The notes beneath the pieces are model-generated. The model made no database searches and was not told the DNA's origin. It saw only the letters and a list, made by a program, of their open reading frames with translations. Both the position numbers and the translations under genes were made by a program. From a virus, in IMG/VR virus record IMGVR_UViG_3300037465_000339: a DNA stretch of 44,723 nucleotides; one strand, given 5' to 3'. Below, piece by piece: positions 28,410 to 36,136 of this stretch (position 1 is the stretch's first letter; each line of letters opens with the position of its first letter).

Positions 28410-30647
28410 TTATTTTAATTCACTCCAACGCAATGCGCCAGAAGCTATGGCAATAGGGATTCGCATAATTCTTTTTACTTTATCGCATCCAACAACTTCT
28501 ACAGGATAATCCATTAATTTTACCACTTCTTGATTTACCCATTCGCATCCTTCTTTGTATTGATAAGGTAAACTATCGTGAATTTGAGCCTTCAAGCGCA
28601 ATACTTTTTGAAGGGAACCATAAACACTTTCTTTCCAAATTTTATAAAAACATCTATTAATGATGGAAACAGAAAGATTTTGTGGTTTATGAGCAATGGC
28701 ACTATTTAAGTGATGTTTGTTATTTCTTGGATCTCCAAAAAACCATCTAACATGACCAAAGGGAGATGTAAGTTTTTTCGTCGTTTCAATTTCTGTGATA
28801 ATACTATTATACCAATCTCCTTTTACTCTTGGATATGTTGCTTCATATCTTTTCAGAAGATGAGAACAAACATCTTTAAGATTCATGAAGGCAGGAAGTC
28901 GCAATAATCTTTTTGCTTCAGCTACTTTCCTAGATCCCATAGTATCTAACATTACTTTCGCTGTCATATTATAATTTGCTCCATGATTTGTTCTTTTACT
29001 AAGATCACGGAGTTCTGTCATTTCTTTATTTCTCGTTTTACCCGTGCTTTCATCCCATATTTTTTCATATGGGATACCAAAAAATGCCTGAGCATTCCAT
29101 GAATGATAATCTCTTCCAGACTCCAAGAGACTGATAAGGTTGACGTCGCCGGAAAGATACCCGACACAGCGAGCTTCAGATTGGCTGAAATCTGGCTCAG
29201 CCAAGCGCCACCCTGAATCAGCGACCAGAAACGATTTAATTGAATCTCCCCGAGGTATATTTTGTATTTGGAACCCAACCCCAAAGCTGCTCTCAGCACT
29301 AGCAAGTCTTTGCGTATCTGTGCCCGCAGGATTAAGTTTGTAGTGGAGTCTCCAATTCCAAAACTTAAAATCAAGAATGTAGGTAGAGAGTAACTTTGAC
29401 GCCTTTTTGTAGTCTTTAATTTCACCAAGGATTCTTGCATTGAGAGGATGCCTTGCTTCCGCTTTAAGTGTATGAATAGCATCTGTGGATGGAAGATCAC
29501 CACAACCTAAAATAGTAAAAAGTTTCTTCATTTGCACCGGACTCCGTGGATTGAAGTTCGCGGCGCGGAGCATTCTCCTTATTTTTTCCAATTTTTGTTG
29601 TGCTTCTTCTTCTTTTTCTTTCTTTACTTTAAGAAACTGCACTTGATCTACTTTCCATCCTTCAAGTTCACAGTGAATAGAAGGAAAGACAAGAGGAAAT
29701 TCTTCTACATAATTTTTCAACGCCCAACTTGGTAGCTCCCCCATAAGAGCAAGAAAAGAATTGAGAGTAGCCCAACCATCGAGAGCATTGTAACGATAAT
29801 AATCTTCCAAGTTTCCAGATTTTCCATCGTCTTTCCAATACCGAATATTGCGAAGCGCAAATGCTGCCACAAAATCCAAACGCTTTGGAAGCTCAGAATA
29901 ATAAGAATGAAAGAGATGCAAAGTATCAAAAAGCCAATTGTCAATTGGACAATTGAACCGGAGAAGTCTAACAGCATCGAAAATACCTCCTTGAAGAATC
30001 TTGGGCGCCGGAAGAGAAAGAAACTTTCTGATCCAGATTAGGTTTACTGTTGAATCAAAAGGAATTACGATAGAAAAAGTTTTGTGTTTATCTTTCCAGT
30101 AAGCAGTAAAACTAACACAGTTGATCATCTTGTTTACATCATTTGCTATTGGTGTTTCAATGTCAACTGCAATAAAATTGGATCGCGCGAAATCTGTGAA
30201 AGTTTCTTCTGCTTCGCGCAGAGAGAACACCTTCCATTCAAATGGTGTTTGCTCAAACCATTGTTCTGGTTTTGTTAACTTTTCTATAAATCTACTAAAA
30301 ATGAATGCTCCATACGGAACAGTCATAAGATGTTCTGGAGGATTAAGAACTACAACAGGAATTCCTTTTAATGAAAGAAAAGAACCTTGATAGTCATCTA
30401 AGGTTAATCCTCGTCTATTGTTTGGACGTTGAAAATCAGGTTGTGAATCAAGAATTCGAGAAAGAAGAACTGCATTAGCACAAAGAATTCCATCTATTCC
30501 TGCTTTTGTGCATTTAAGTTGCAGCTCAGAAAGAGTATCTGGAGTAGAATTAATAACGCTGACACGATGACCAATCAGCGCCGCAAGCTTAGAAAATCGT
30601 GGAAGAAAACTTTGTTGATCTGGTGTAGTGCAAAGAAGTAAGTGCAT
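28410..30647 (-). CDS. Family A DNA polymerase with 3'-5' exonuclease domain
   Basis: 745 aa. Exo motifs AVDIET and YNALDG are present. Pol motif A is DFSQSEARCVGYL, motif B RDLSKRTNHGANYNM and motif C AQIHDSL. Confidence 0.9.
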   Translation of the reverse strand: MHLLLCTTPDQQSFLPRFSKLAALIGHRVSVINSTPDTLSELQLKCTKAGIDGILCANAVLLSRILDSQPDFQRPNNRRGLTLDDYQGSFLSLKGIPVVVLNPPEHLMTVPYGAFIFSRFIEKLTKPEQWFEQTPFEWKVFSLREAEETFTDFARSNFIAVDIETPIANDVNKMINCVSFTAYWKDKHKTFSIVIPFDSTVNLIWIRKFLSLPAPKILQGGIFDAVRLLRFNCPIDNWLFDTLHLFHSYYSELPKRLDFVAAFALRNIRYWKDDGKSGNLEDYYRYNALDGWATLNSFLALMGELPSWALKNYVEEFPLVFPSIHCELEGWKVDQVQFLKVKKEKEEEAQQKLEKIRRMLRAANFNPRSPVQMKKLFTILGCGDLPSTDAIHTLKAEARHPLNARILGEIKDYKKASKLLSTYILDFKFWNWRLHYKLNPAGTDTQRLASAESSFGVGFQIQNIPRGDSIKSFLVADSGWRLAEPDFSQSEARCVGYLSGDVNLISLLESGRDYHSWNAQAFFGIPYEKIWDESTGKTRNKEMTELRDLSKRTNHGANYNMTAKVMLDTMGSRKVAEAKRLLRLPAFMNLKDVCSHLLKRYEATYPRVKGDWYNSIITEIETTKKLTSPFGHVRWFFGDPRNNKHHLNSAIAHKPQNLSVSIINRCFYKIWKESVYGSLQKVLRLKAQIHDSLPYQYKEGCEWVNQEVVKLMDYPVEVVGCDKVKRIMRIPIAIASGALRWSELK

Positions 30648-30830
30648 TTAGATTTTAGATTCCATAAAATCTTCTGGAGATTTCTTTTTACATTTATGAA
30701 CCTTGCCATAGTTATTCACAAGCATCCAACAACCATCATAATTTTCCCAGTGAAGATTACTTTTTCCACAAAATTTACATTCTATTGAATTTTCATCATC
30801 ATCATCAAGGATCCAATCTTCTATGGTCAT
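30648..30830 (-). CDS. Small Zn-ribbon-like protein (hypothetical)
   Basis: 60 aa from ATG 30830 (the TTG alternative at 30854 lies in the terminator loop). The pattern is CKFCG...HKC. Its stop abuts the polymerase start. Confidence 0.35.
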   Translation of the reverse strand: MTIEDWILDDDDENSIECKFCGKSNLHWENYDGCWMLVNNYGKVHKCKKKSPEDFMESKI

Positions 30831-30832
30831 TG

Positions 30833-30861
30833 AAAAAGTGGAGAGGGCTAACAACCCTCTC
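30833..30861 (-). terminator. Intrinsic terminator-like hairpin (partial, within the early arm)
   Basis: On the minus strand: GAGAGGG, loop TTGTTAG, CCCTCTC, then CAC plus T5. On the plus strand the same hairpin is followed by CACTATTTTTT. Confidence 0.5.
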
Positions 30862-30870
30862 CACTATTTT

Positions 30871-31431
30871 TTACACTACTTCGGGATTCACTACGTTGGC
30901 ATAGATTTTAGTCTTATCTTTTTTATCTTGTCTATGCTTAACCGTAGCAGCGATTGCTACATTTTGAACTGCTGCAAGAATTTCAGAAACTCTTTTTCCT
31001 TGCAGTCCCAAACCATCAATGATGGGCTTAATGAAGAGTTTGAATCCACCCTGACCAAACTCATTGTCCATCGTAAACAGTTGAGAGAACTTCGTTCCTG
31101 CTTCTGCTGGAGCAGCGCCTGGATCTTTCAACTCCAAAGTTTCAATGACAACAAATCCAGCTTCGATACACGGCTTGTCATTAACAACTTTGTTAGTGAG
31201 AGAAAGATTCAATTTGTAATGACCGACAGGAGGAATTTCAAACGGAGGAAGATCCTGCAGATCATCAATGCTTGCATCCATTAAATCTTCGATTGGAATC
31301 ACTTTATCTTCTGCCATTGTAGTTACCTTATTTGGAAATGGAAGTTGAAGTTGACTGAATAATTGATGACGAATCAATAGGCGTCTATATCTCCTTGCGA
31401 ATTTTTCAAGTTTCTGTTTTGTATAAATCAT
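30871..31431 (-). CDS. ssDNA-binding-like protein (DUF669-like; putative)
   Basis: The pattern DLQDLPPFEIPPVGHYKLNL...KDKTKIYANV, and the position next to a Sak4-like ATPase, fit DUF669-type phage SSBs. The start is either 31431 (TGATG coupling) or ATG 31317 (TAAGGT SD). Confidence 0.45.
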   Translation of the reverse strand: MIYTKQKLEKFARRYRRLLIRHQLFSQLQLPFPNKVTTMAEDKVIPIEDLMDASIDDLQDLPPFEIPPVGHYKLNLSLTNKVVNDKPCIEAGFVVIETLELKDPGAAPAEAGTKFSQLFTMDNEFGQGGFKLFIKPIIDGLGLQGKRVSEILAAVQNVAIAATVKHRQDKKDKTKIYANVVNPEVV

Positions 31432-32282
31432 CAGCTTGCTTTTCGCTGAAGAAGTGAGAGAATGTTTTGCGCCCCTTCTTCTAGCTTTTCTATTTCTATC
31501 CCTGTTCTACTACCTGTCATGATTCTTCCGTCATGGGTGGTAGAACTAAATGCACGATGGCGTTTATTTACTATATCAAGATATACAATGTTGTCGAAGT
31601 AACGGCCAAATTGACGACTGAAGTTTCTTGTTCCAGCAGCAGGAAAAATCATTTCTACATTATTTCCTGCTGCTTTCTCGCCACCGCCGCCGGTTGTATC
31701 TTGAATTTGTTCGATCATTACTTCATGACTTACAGCTACGCAGTTAAAATTTCCTGCTTGCATCGTTCCAAAGATACGATCAAGCATAAATCCCTGCGCC
31801 CGGTAATCATGAAAGGTTGGTTTATATTCCCAATTATCTTTTAGATTTTCTGCCTTTGTTATTGCGTTCATGGCAGAGAGACTAAGTTGTGTAACGCTAT
31901 TAATGACAAGCCAATCAGAAGTAGTAAACTCGTTAAGACAGATACGAGTGAGATTATCTTTGCAATCAGGAGAAGGGCACGCAACCTTACCATGCTTAAA
32001 ACAAATGAAACATGGAACTCCCTTAAGGACTTTGAGTAAAGTCTCAACAGCCATAGGGATAATTTGGGTATCAGGAATGCGAAACACAGTGATATTGCTG
32101 CGATACTCTACAGGAAGTATATTTGGATTAAGTAGAGTTTTGATTCCATCTTCTAGATCAAACCACCAGAGTTTCTGATTTGCCCGCGCAAGTTGACCAA
32201 CGAAGGCATCTTTGCCAACTTTTGCACGACCATAAACAAGAACACGACTAGTTGCTTTAGATTGATATTCACTTAGAAGCAT
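31431..32282 (-). CDS. Sak4-like (AAA_24 / RecA-fold) recombination ATPase
   Basis: 283 aa. It has VLVYGRAKVGKD (Walker A with GKD), WWFDLEDG, WLVINSVTQLS and NCVAVSHE, plus an inserted Cys cluster CFICFKHGKVACPSPDC. Confidence 0.5.
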   Translation of the reverse strand: MLLSEYQSKATSRVLVYGRAKVGKDAFVGQLARANQKLWWFDLEDGIKTLLNPNILPVEYRSNITVFRIPDTQIIPMAVETLLKVLKGVPCFICFKHGKVACPSPDCKDNLTRICLNEFTTSDWLVINSVTQLSLSAMNAITKAENLKDNWEYKPTFHDYRAQGFMLDRIFGTMQAGNFNCVAVSHEVMIEQIQDTTGGGGEKAAGNNVEMIFPAAGTRNFSRQFGRYFDNIVYLDIVNKRHRAFSSTTHDGRIMTGSRTGIEIEKLEEGAQNILSLLQRKAS

Positions 32283-32428
32283 TGCCTCGATATCCTTTAT
32301 GGAATGGAAAATGACAGTAATTACTTAGTCCACAAAAAATGATTTCGTATTCTTCATCTTTAAGAATTGGAGCATCATATTTTTTAATGCATGGAATACA
32401 CATAGAAAAAGTCTGACCTCTCCAATCA

Positions 32429-33454
32429 TCATTCTTCCGACGATACTGTAGTAGTAGAATATCTGATTCCTGAAATGAGTTCAGAGAGCTTAAAGATGAA
32501 GTCCGGATTTTCTGAATATCCATTTTCTAATGTCCATGTATGAAATGAGTCATTTCTGGTGGAATCTTTAAGGTCGCATATTCCGTAATGCGGGCATCTA
32601 CGAGAAAAAGTCCAACAGCTATTTCCTCGCTTTGGGAAAAGTCTAAGTTTGCGATAAGTCTCGATGGTGGAATGATCAAGCAAAAGGTCTTGGAGCCAAT
32701 CTGCTCTTTGACTTCTGTTTTTTGTAAATTGAAAAACTGACCAATTTCTACTTGTTGTGCTATAGACATAGTAGAGAACATTGAAAGTAGAAATTTGTAT
32801 TGTATGTTTAGCTATAGCGTCAAGAACAATACTATAACCAAGTGCTTGGTCACTATTTCCGTAAGCTGCTTCATCAGGATATCTGGAAGACGTGGTTTTT
32901 ATTTCTACTATTTTTAATTCTTTAGTAATACGATTCTGAATAATTACATCTATGTGGCCTACATGAAAATAACCATTTTCACAATCTATCCAGAAAAGTA
33001 ATTCACTAGCTGGACGTTCATTGAAAACAGCTATTGTCCAAGTATCTTTAATTTGATCCCAAACATCAATAAATTTAAGAACTGCTAGATATGCAAAGAG
33101 AAAACTTTTTTGTTTCTTTGGAAGAACCGTTTCGAGATCAGCTTTCCAAGCGAGGAAAGTTGTATAAAGAGCAAAATTCTTATCTTCATTAACAATATAG
33201 TTTTGAACTCCTGCGCCTACAGCATGACCGAAGATGAAATCAACATTTGAAGTTTCTTCTTGCTCGGCGCCAGCCCTAACTATTTTTAATTGTTGAAATT
33301 TTCTTGGACATTCATGAAGAACTTCTCGTTGACTGTAGCTTGTAACGTTTATGAAACGATAATCGTTTCTATAACTTTTTTTAGTAGTAAGATATGCTTG
33401 TGAACTTGGAGATATTCCTATTGGAGTATCCAAGAATTCTTCAAAAGAAATCAT
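32429..33454 (-). CDS. PD-(D/E)XK nuclease, Cas4 / RecB-like with Fe-S cysteines
   Basis: 341 aa. It has an N-terminal LHECPRKF, a core GHIDVII...LKIVEIKT, and a C-terminal CWTFSRRCPHYGIC. Confidence 0.8.
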   Translation of the reverse strand: MISFEEFLDTPIGISPSSQAYLTTKKSYRNDYRFINVTSYSQREVLHECPRKFQQLKIVRAGAEQEETSNVDFIFGHAVGAGVQNYIVNEDKNFALYTTFLAWKADLETVLPKKQKSFLFAYLAVLKFIDVWDQIKDTWTIAVFNERPASELLFWIDCENGYFHVGHIDVIIQNRITKELKIVEIKTTSSRYPDEAAYGNSDQALGYSIVLDAIAKHTIQISTFNVLYYVYSTTSRNWSVFQFTKNRSQRADWLQDLLLDHSTIETYRKLRLFPKRGNSCWTFSRRCPHYGICDLKDSTRNDSFHTWTLENGYSENPDFIFKLSELISGIRYSTTTVSSEE

Positions 33455-33720
33455 TATAAATCGTCAGCTAGAGATTTGATTATTTTAGTAGAAGATGATG
33501 CAGAAGTATAAATATATTCTTCATACCATTCACCTTTGCAGTGATTGTATCGCACATCTTGAATATTTTCAATTAGTTTATTCTTTTTTCCTGTAACAAG
33601 ATCAATTTCAGGATCTAAATTTTTTTCATGTCCACAAGACCAATCACCACTATTTGAAGAATTGTGTCGAACACCAATAAGATGTGCACAGTCCCTACAA
33701 ATTTTATATTCGCTTTTCAT
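33454..33720 (-). CDS. Cys-rich small protein (hypothetical; paralogue of 36566-36805)
   Basis: 88 aa with the pattern CRDC...WSC...DLVTG...RYNHCKGEWY. Confidence 0.5.
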   Translation of the reverse strand: MKSEYKICRDCAHLIGVRHNSSNSGDWSCGHEKNLDPEIDLVTGKKNKLIENIQDVRYNHCKGEWYEEYIYTSASSSTKIIKSLADDL

Positions 33721-33896
33721 GATTTCTTTTTTTCTACATCTATTTTATTTTTAACTTCTCCGCGCACAATCTTTCCATTTTTTCCTACGCAGATATGGAG
33801 ATATTGATTTGCAGAAAGTCCATAACTTTTATTTGGGCCAGAAATTGTTCTTATTTTTCCACCAGATTTTCTGCAAGCGTCAAATTCTGCTGGCAT
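33717..33896 (-). CDS. Small hypothetical protein
   Basis: Probable start at MPAEFDACRKSGGKIRT (ATG 33896). The longer ORF would overlap the GC-rich gene upstream. Confidence 0.4.
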   Translation of the reverse strand: MPAEFDACRKSGGKIRTISGPNKSYGLSANQYLHICVGKNGKIVRGEVKNKIDVEKKKS

Positions 33897-33909
33897 AACC
33901 ACTCTCCCC

Positions 33910-34281
33910 TTAATCGTAAATCCACTGGCGAGCAATTTCACACAAGGCGATGAATACGGCGTCTTTGTCACGCTCTAGCTGCCCTAACTGTGCGTAGGGC
34001 ACCAGATCAGGATGAGTCTTTTTCTCTCGGTCATACGTTTCGCCGTATATCCATCCCATAGCGATGTATGCCTGCATCCAACTACCATGTAGTTCCTCCG
34101 GGGACGCTGACCGCTGCGGCCCGCATTGGCGCTCGATCACGTCGAGGAACTGAGCTTTGAAGGCTTCTTCTCGCTCGGCCCATAGCACCGGAATAACTGG
34201 CGCGCCAGCAGCAATCGCGGCAAGCCGTGCTGCATTGTAAACAAATTCTGCGCGGCGCTCGGTGAGTGTGTCGAGGGTCAC
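33910..34281 (-). CDS. RyR (ryanodine-receptor-like) domain protein
   Basis: 123 aa, GC-rich, GTG start overlapping the upstream TGA. LHGSWMQAYIAMGWIYGETYDREKKTHPDLVPYAQLGQLERDKD matches the H..W....GW.YG....K.HP.LVPY..L...E..KD signature. Confidence 0.6.
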   Translation of the reverse strand: MTLDTLTERRAEFVYNAARLAAIAAGAPVIPVLWAEREEAFKAQFLDVIERQCGPQRSASPEELHGSWMQAYIAMGWIYGETYDREKKTHPDLVPYAQLGQLERDKDAVFIALCEIARQWIYD

Positions 34282-35057
34282 TTGTCCTTTCTGAGTGCCG
34301 CGCGAAACGTCATGGCGCGCTCGTCACTACGAGGCGCTCCCCAGTGTTCGCGCGCCTGTTCGAGCGTTAGAGGGCCGCGGCAACCAGCATAATAGTGTCC
34401 ACTTGGTGATTGCAGCAGCGCCCACTCACTGCGGGCGAGTTCCGTCCAGCCGTCCGCAATGATCCGTCCCGCGCCGCGCACGCTAAGCTGCGCCAAATCG
34501 CAAATGTTAAACTGCGCCGATTTGATCACGTCGAGCTGCCCAGATTGGCGCAGTTCAAGTTGCGCCGATTTAATTACGCTAAGCTGACCAGCGTCGCGCA
34601 CAATAAGCCGCCCTTCGTCCTGCACGCTAAGCTGACCAGTGTCGCGCACTTTGAGCTGGGCCGAGTCGATCACACTGAGCTGCGCCGAATCGCGCACAAT
34701 GATCCATCCTCCGTTGAATACAATGATCTGTCCTTTATTGCGCACGCTGAGTTGTCCAGCGTCGAGCATAATAAGCCATCCGGAATCTAGCACAGTAAGC
34801 CATCCAAAACCGCGCACGTTAATTTGTCCCTCATCCTGCACATCAAGTTGCGCTGAATCGCAAATGTTGAGCTGCCCAGAATCGCAAATGTTGAGTTGTG
34901 CTGATTGACGCACAATGAGTTGCGCCAAGTCGAGCACGTCGAGAGTGCCTACCAGCCGCACGGCGCCGGTGATAGTGTGGACGCCCTCAGTGAGCGTTTG
35001 CTCGCCGCGTATTTCGCGCGTCCCATCAGCAGCAAGGGTGTATTGTATGGCGTTCAT
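34278..35057 (-). CDS. Octapeptide-repeat (predicted beta-solenoid) protein
   Basis: 259 aa, GC-rich. Residues 42-201 are 20 tandem 8-residue units with consensus x-D-(S/A)-(A/G)-Q-L-x-V. The C-terminal domain is GHYYAGCRGPLTLEQAREHW. Confidence 0.7.
   Translation of the reverse strand: MNAIQYTLAADGTREIRGEQTLTEGVHTITGAVRLVGTLDVLDLAQLIVRQSAQLNICDSGQLNICDSAQLDVQDEGQINVRGFGWLTVLDSGWLIMLDAGQLSVRNKGQIIVFNGGWIIVRDSAQLSVIDSAQLKVRDTGQLSVQDEGRLIVRDAGQLSVIKSAQLELRQSGQLDVIKSAQFNICDLAQLSVRGAGRIIADGWTELARSEWALLQSPSGHYYAGCRGPLTLEQAREHWGAPRSDERAMTFRAALRKDK
34455..34934 (-). repeat. 20 x 24-bp degenerate tandem coding repeat
   Basis: This is the DNA behind the octapeptide array. It generates spurious long ORFs in other frames and on the other strand. 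Confidence 0.85.
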
Positions 35058-35275
35058 GCAATTTCTTTTGCTGTTATTTGGTCTTCTTGGAGTTTCATTT
35101 TCGCTGCGATGCTGCGGTAGTCGCTAATCCTCACTCCAAGTATGTGGCACTGCCGGGCTATAAGTTGAAGCGGATCTGTTTGCTCCCTTTTTACTCGTAG
35201 TTTTACCTCCATCCAGTGTGCCAAGCTGATGCGGCTTAAGGCTCGTTGGTAACGTGCTTCATGTTGAGTGGTCAT
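35054..35275 (-). CDS. Hypothetical protein (first gene of the GC-rich island)
   Basis: 73 aa, AGGAG SD 7 nt upstream, ATGA coupling to the repeat protein. Confidence 0.5.
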   Translation of the reverse strand: MTTQHEARYQRALSRISLAHWMEVKLRVKREQTDPLQLIARQCHILGVRISDYRSIAAKMKLQEDQITAKEIA

Positions 35276-35403
35276 AGTTGACTCCTGTTTGAGATAATTG
35301 ATTGGTGCTTGAACCAGCGATCTTCCCGTCCATCAAGTCTTAAAATGGAACAGGGTGAACCTTGATTCTGGGGCGCGGTGCAGCGTGCAATCTTTACATT
35401 GTT

Positions 35404-35655
35404 TCATAGTTCATCTGCTCCGCCTGTAAGTTTTTTATTTCCTTTTTTAGTTTCTTCTGCAAGCATTACTCCAAGCTTCTTTCCTGCCGCTTCAATAAGA
35501 ACAGCTATTTGATCTTCTTTTAGAAGATGAGATAACTCTTCGTATTGAATAAGAGTTCGGTGAATTGCGCGAAGATGTTCTGGCATCTTTGGATCAGATG
35601 TTAGAAGAAGTTCTTGAAGTTTTTCAATTTTAGTTGAGATTTCTTCGAGGTTCAT
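35404..35655 (-). CDS. Hypothetical early protein
   Basis: 83 aa, helical, ATGA overlap with the upstream gene. Confidence 0.45.
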   Translation of the reverse strand: MNLEEISTKIEKLQELLLTSDPKMPEHLRAIHRTLIQYEELSHLLKEDQIAVLIEAAGKKLGVMLAEETKKGNKKLTGGADEL

Positions 35656-35885
35656 TGAAGGATGATAATTCTTTTCTTTTGAAGAAGTTCGAGATAATGT
35701 TTACAAAGAACATCAATATCAGTTTCAAAAAGTATTTTAGTCTTGAGTTCTTTGTTCATTGTTTCTATGAAAAGTTCACGATCAAATGCCATAAACCATT
35801 GAACTTTTTTCCATAGGGAAGGATGATGATCGTGAAGTTCTGCGCGGAGAAGATTGTAACTTTCAGGGAACATGAAGATTTTCAT
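35652..35885 (-). CDS. Hypothetical early protein
   Basis: 77 aa with ATGA overlaps at both ends. Confidence 0.45.
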   Translation of the reverse strand: MKIFMFPESYNLLRAELHDHHPSLWKKVQWFMAFDRELFIETMNKELKTKILFETDIDVLCKHYLELLQKKRIIILQ

Positions 35886-36136
35886 AGATCAAAAGCTTTG
35901 TTGCCGACAACAAGACGAAAATCTATAATAGCTGTTCCAGCAGCTTTATTGATTATTTTTTTTACTTTAAGTCTGCCGTAAGATGGAATTTCTAATGCTG
36001 TTTTAATAGCATTTTCTCTTGCTTTTTCTTTATACATACAACGAATTATGGTATCCATCTTTTCTAAACGGCAAGTAATGATGCAGCGTTTAGTTTCTTT
36101 TAGTTGCTTCCAAATATTTCCGTATCTTCTCGCCAT
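35882..36136 (-). CDS. Hypothetical early protein
   Basis: Probable ATG 36136 (MARRYGNIWKQLKE...). The ORF-track start at 36199 is TTG. Confidence 0.35.
   Translation of the reverse strand: MARRYGNIWKQLKETKRCIITCRLEKMDTIIRCMYKEKARENAIKTALEIPSYGRLKVKKIINKAAGTAIIDFRLVVGNKAFDL

Noticed and set aside
32269-32523. An 84-aa minus-strand ORF overlapping the 3' end of the nuclease gene
   Set aside because: The full-length version overlaps the nuclease by 95 nt. Only the internal 45-aa Cys-rich version (ATG 32403) fits the gap, and it has a poorly spaced SD. The support is too weak to list as a feature.
34455-34934. The 24-bp periodicity, considered as a possible CRISPR-like array
   Set aside because: The units are contiguous with no spacers, are degenerate at the DNA level, and translate into a clean in-frame octapeptide repeat inside a 259-aa CDS.
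34410-35127. Plus-strand ORFs of 126, 89, 71 and 70 aa opposite the octapeptide-repeat gene
   Set aside because: They are by-products of the 24-bp periodic, GC-rich repeat, which suppresses stop codons in several frames. They have no SD and give repetitive nonsense-like translations.
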